A stretch of 63,907 nucleotides of DNA, counting the filler, from Craspedostauros australis (Eukaryota), in NCBI GenBank assembly GCA_030167865.1. It is 14 parts of 14 records of this genome, joined end to end, with 100 filler letters (N's around TTAATTAATTAA, not from the genome) between each part and the next. Parts side by side here need not be neighbours in the genome. Positions count along the whole stretch, not along the records: positions 60,469 to 61,476 come from JALAGF010002619.1; positions 61,577 to 62,793 come from JALAGF010002620.1; positions 62,894 to 63,907 come from JALAGF010002625.1; 11 more parts are not named here. The stretch is one strand, 5' to 3'. The notes beneath the pieces were generated by a model. The model was not told the origin of the DNA. It did no database searches and worked only from the letters and a program-made list of their open reading frames with translations. Shown here piece by piece: positions 60,469 through 63,907 of this stretch (its first letter is position 1; every line of letters begins with the position of its first letter). Made by a program: the position numbers and the translations under genes.

Positions 60469-61191
60469 GGGTCCATTGATGACCTGCTGGCAGAAGTCAT
60501 CGAGAGCCTGGATGATGGCAGAGAAGGGATCTTTGGAGCCTGTGCTTTCATCGTTCTTGCCTCGAATGATGTATGCACGCTGCTTTTCCTGCGCACGCGA
60601 TGTCGTCTGCTCGGAGGGTTGTTGATTGCCGGTGCCAGCGTCATCCTTTCTAACGTTGTTGCTGTTGCCATGATTGGCACCAACACCAAGAGAAGCCGCA
60701 AACTGCTCGACGAGTCTCGACTTTCCCGTTCCGCTGAGTCCCCACAGGAAGACGGCAGGCAACCTCGGAATGCCATTTGGATTCTGGGTTTGGATGATCG
60801 AAACTTGCTCGGAAGGCAAGGAAACATCACCATCGCTCGGATCGGCCTTGCGCCCATCACTGTCAGATGATTCCTGACGATTCCCGTGCTGCCCCTGACT
60901 CTGGCGCGCTTGCTTTTGCCTTCGCCGTTCCTTGTCGCGCCTTGGCGATCGTCGCACGATGCCATCGAATGCGTCCGTCAGCTGCTGAAGTTCATGGGAA
61001 CGACCGAAGAACTCTACGTTGCGAAAGTCGAGCTCAGCATGGATATCTGCGTTTAGCTCTCTCTCGTTGTATCCATCATCGTAGAAGTCATTCCCTGATG
61101 TGAAGGTGACGGACACTCGTTCCGTTGATGAGGGCTGCGAGATGTAGCTTGCGGTAGAGTTCGCCATGGCCTTGTTAGCGTCCATTTGCAT
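60469..61191 (-). CDS. AAA-ATPase-like (STAND-type) NTPase, N-terminal part; 3' end in gap
   Basis: FFGRSHELQQL, Walker A GLSGTGKS, YIIRGK.D...PFSAI. Confidence 0.8.
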
Positions 61192-61576
61192 GTTGATGAT
61201 GTGGGCTTGGTTGCGTTTCGGAGGTGTATGTGGTCGTGGGTGCTGTGGAGTGGAGTGGAGTGGAGTCGAAGAAAGCATCGGTCTCTCCACGAGGTAAGGC
61301 TGGATGACGCAGCAAGAGCCCAATATTTATGATCACCTTTCCATGCTGTTGAAAAACTGTGATGTTGGTGGCGATGTTTGCTTGGTCTCGCATGAGTGAT
61401 GCGTGATGTTGGCAAACATTGTTTTCTTGTAGATTTGGAGGGACGATTGATCTTCGTGTGAGCGACATGGATGACANNNNNNNNNNNNNNNNNNNNNNNN
61501 NNNNNNNNNNNNNNNNNNNNTTAATTAATTAANNNNNNNNNNNNNNNNNNNNNNNNNNNNNNNNNNNNNNNNNNNN

Positions 61577-62470
61577 CCCTTCTTACCGCAGTACTTGCAG
61601 TTTCCGTTGAACTTAGTCTTGTCCTCAGTATCACTTCTCTTGTTCTTCTTCGTGGGCTTGCCACCTTTGTTCTTAGGCGCAGAGCGGCAGTCNGCCTTCT
61701 TGTGCCCGTAGGCNCCNCAGTTGCGGCAGTGGCCCTTGAAGCCACCAGTGGCGGCGAGTGCCATTTCTTCCTTGCTATNGTTCTCGCGCTTACTACCTCC
61801 TTGCTTGATGTGACGTGCGTCNTAGGTGGCACTCACTGCTTCACGGATGTCTTCGATAGTCATCTGCTTTTCGATGTTCTCGAACTTGAGCTCGATGAGC
61901 TTCACATCCATTTCGTAGTCCCTTCCAAGAGCGTTGAGCACGAGCATGTGGTACTGCTCCATGTCCATGTTAACTCCCGCGTGCTTGAGGCGGTTACGAA
62001 GCACCTCCATTTCGGTGAGGAAGGTATCCGGATGTTCGCCTTTCTTCAATCGCATCCTGTTAAGTTGAGCCAACAACTTTGCCTTCATTGGCGCAGTGCG
62101 TTGCTCGTAGATGCGCTCGAGAGCCTTCCACGCCTTACGAGGGTCTCCTCCCTCGTAGATGTTGCNNNNNNNNNNNNNNNNNNNNNNNNNNNNNNNNNNN
62201 NNNNNNNNNGTTTCATGGTTGATTGCCATGGTCAGTTCTTCAAACGCGTACTTGGCCAGAGCCTTCTTGTACTCCGCCTTCTCCTCGGGAGACATGGCAG
62301 ATAACTTCGAGCCCTTAAGCTTCTTCTCTTCGCCTCCCACGATGGAGGCGAGAGGAGAGGGGTCGAAAGCCTCGGTCTTCACAATCACTTCACCCAAGTC
62401 CTTGAGATACAAGTCTCCGTAACCCTTGCGGTTGGCGCGGGCGAGGAACTTCGCACTCCAAGCTTTCCAG
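61577..62470 (-). mobile_element. Ty1/copia gag fragment (UBN2/retrotran_gag-like plus two zinc knuckles)
   Basis: WKAWSAKFLA, GDPRKAWKALERIY, LVLNALGRDY, CRN..AYGHKK.DC and CKYCGKK. Confidence 0.85.
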
Positions 62471-62932
62471 NNNNNNNNNNNNNNNNNNNNNNNNNNNNNN
62501 NNNNNNNNNNNNNNNNNNNNNNNNNNNNNNNNNNNNNNNNNNNNNNNNNNNNNNNNNNNNNNNNNNNNNNNNNNNNNNNNNNNNNNNNNNNNNNNNNNNN
62601 NNNNNNNNNNNNNNNNNNNNNNNNGGGTTAGTGTTAGTAAGAACTAATTGGTTGTTAGATCGTACTATTCAGAACTGTGAGCTCATTCTCTTCAGCTCCT
62701 TTGCCTTTTGTTTCTCATATAGCATCTCCTGCAGCAGCACCGTGTTATACTGTTGCATTCATGCATCTCATCATCATGAATCATCGCTTGCATNNNNNNN
62801 NNNNNNNNNNNNNNNNNNNNNNNNNNNNNNNNNNNNNTTAATTAATTAANNNNNNNNNNNNNNNNNNNNNNNNNNNNNNNNNNNNNNNNNNNNATCATAA
62901 AATACTTCACCAAGTTGATGTAGCCTGTGCCA

Positions 62933-63907
62933 TTACGAGTACTGCGCATTGTATTTGGATGCTATGCTGTCGAAGAGGGCTTGCCAACCATCACGGTTGC
63001 CATCGCTGAAGAGGTTGTCCAGATCAACATCGCAGAACTTGCTGCTGCTAAGAGCTTTCTGCCAAGCAGCTTCAATGTCGCTGTTTCCATCACCATTTTG
63101 ATGATACTCCGGCACGATCTCTCTTTGGATCTGGACAGACTTGCTCCATAGTTGCTGCAACTCAGTTTCGGCGAGGCAGGCCATGATTGACGATGGTGCT
63201 GTTGGCGTTGATGAGGAGCTATGCTGCTTCGTAACTTCCACGAGCTTTTGCTGGATGGCTTCGTAGATCGGTTGATGCAAGCCAGGTGCGCGCCGAAGTG
63301 CGGCAACGACGGATCGCTTGAACTTGATGCGCTTCTTGTGAACGGCATGCCATGCGATGCGTCGCGCTCGATATAACGGATCTGATGATTTCTCCTGCTC
63401 GGGAATGCTGTTGATGACATCCGTGAGATTTCCAAGCCTGGCTTGCTCGCACGTATGCTGTGCAACGTCCGGGATCGTCTCGCAAAGCCAGTGCAGTGGG
63501 AGCGGGAGCGCGGTGCCAGGCTGCTGATGTGGATTCGACTTGGGCATGGTGTGCATGTTGTAGATTTGGACTTTGGTTTTGAATATCTGCTCCCATTCGT
63601 CGATGCTGCTGCGGCGCAATGGCTCCACGAGGTGGTGCGGGATCGTGCTGTAGATTGGATCACGGAGGATGGCGCCATTGAGGGTGTGGTTGTGCTTCAT
63701 TGCGTCGACGTCCTGAAGGAGCCGATACCATTCGACGAATCCGTACATGGGATGACCAGCGAACATGTGCCGCGTTTTCATCTCCTGCTGGTACTCGCTG
63801 TAGAGCCAGTCAAAGTACCTGCGATACGTGGCAGTGATTCTGAGATTGCCAGCTTCGTGATAGTCCGACAAGACTTCGTCACGGATTATGTGGAGGACCG
63901 GCCGTGG
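62933..63907 (-). CDS. hypothetical protein, C-terminal part (weakly sulfotransferase/P-loop-like)
   Basis: Over 312-aa open frame; LRITATYRRYFDWLYSEYQQ resembles a 3'-PB-like motif of diatom sulfotransferase-like proteins. Confidence 0.6.
   Translation of the reverse strand, partial: PRPVLHIIRDEVLSDYHEAGNLRITATYRRYFDWLYSEYQQEMKTRHMFAGHPMYGFVEWYRLLQDVDAMKHNHTLNGAILRDPIYSTIPHHLVEPLRRSSIDEWEQIFKTKVQIYNMHTMPKSNPHQQPGTALPLPLHWLCETIPDVAQHTCEQARLGNLTDVINSIPEQEKSSDPLYRARRIAWHAVHKKRIKFKRSVVAALRRAPGLHQPIYEAIQQKLVEVTKQHSSSSTPTAPSSIMACLAETELQQLWSKSVQIQREIVPEYHQNGDGNSDIEAAWQKALSSSKFCDVDLDNLFSDGNRDGWQALFDSIASKYNAQYS

Overview
Eukaryotic, gap-rich draft scaffold from a diatom. The evidence is a silicon transporter C-terminus, a DUF6824 protein, diatom-type (CoDi-like) Copia elements and GT-AG introns. 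Contigs are joined by artificial N-TTAATTAATTAA-N spacers, so order and orientation across those joins are not guaranteed. Host genes: DHHC palmitoyltransferase (3' exon), a two-exon DUF6824 gene, a GHMP kinase C-terminus, a SIT C-terminus, tRNA-Asp(GTC), several type II membrane or secreted proteins including two tandem bulb-lectin-like paralogs, a Cys/PT-rich secreted protein and an AAA/STAND-like NTPase. Mobile DNA: a near-complete young Ty1/copia (identical LTRs, -1 slippery site, PDZ-like insert), two more Copia fragments, a candidate LTR+PBS, a LINE with APE endonuclease and a piggyBac relic with its TTAA end. The most striking part is 11.9-27.5 kb. It holds (i) an M6 metalloprotease with 11 near-identical ~110-aa Cys domains whose variation is concentrated in 3-4 short hypervariable, shuffled patches, and (ii) a multicopy ankyrin-BTB-BACK family with variable repeat number, DARPin-like variable positions and lesions confined to the BTB half. 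Together they are a candidate diversified recognition (immune- or adhesion-like) island.
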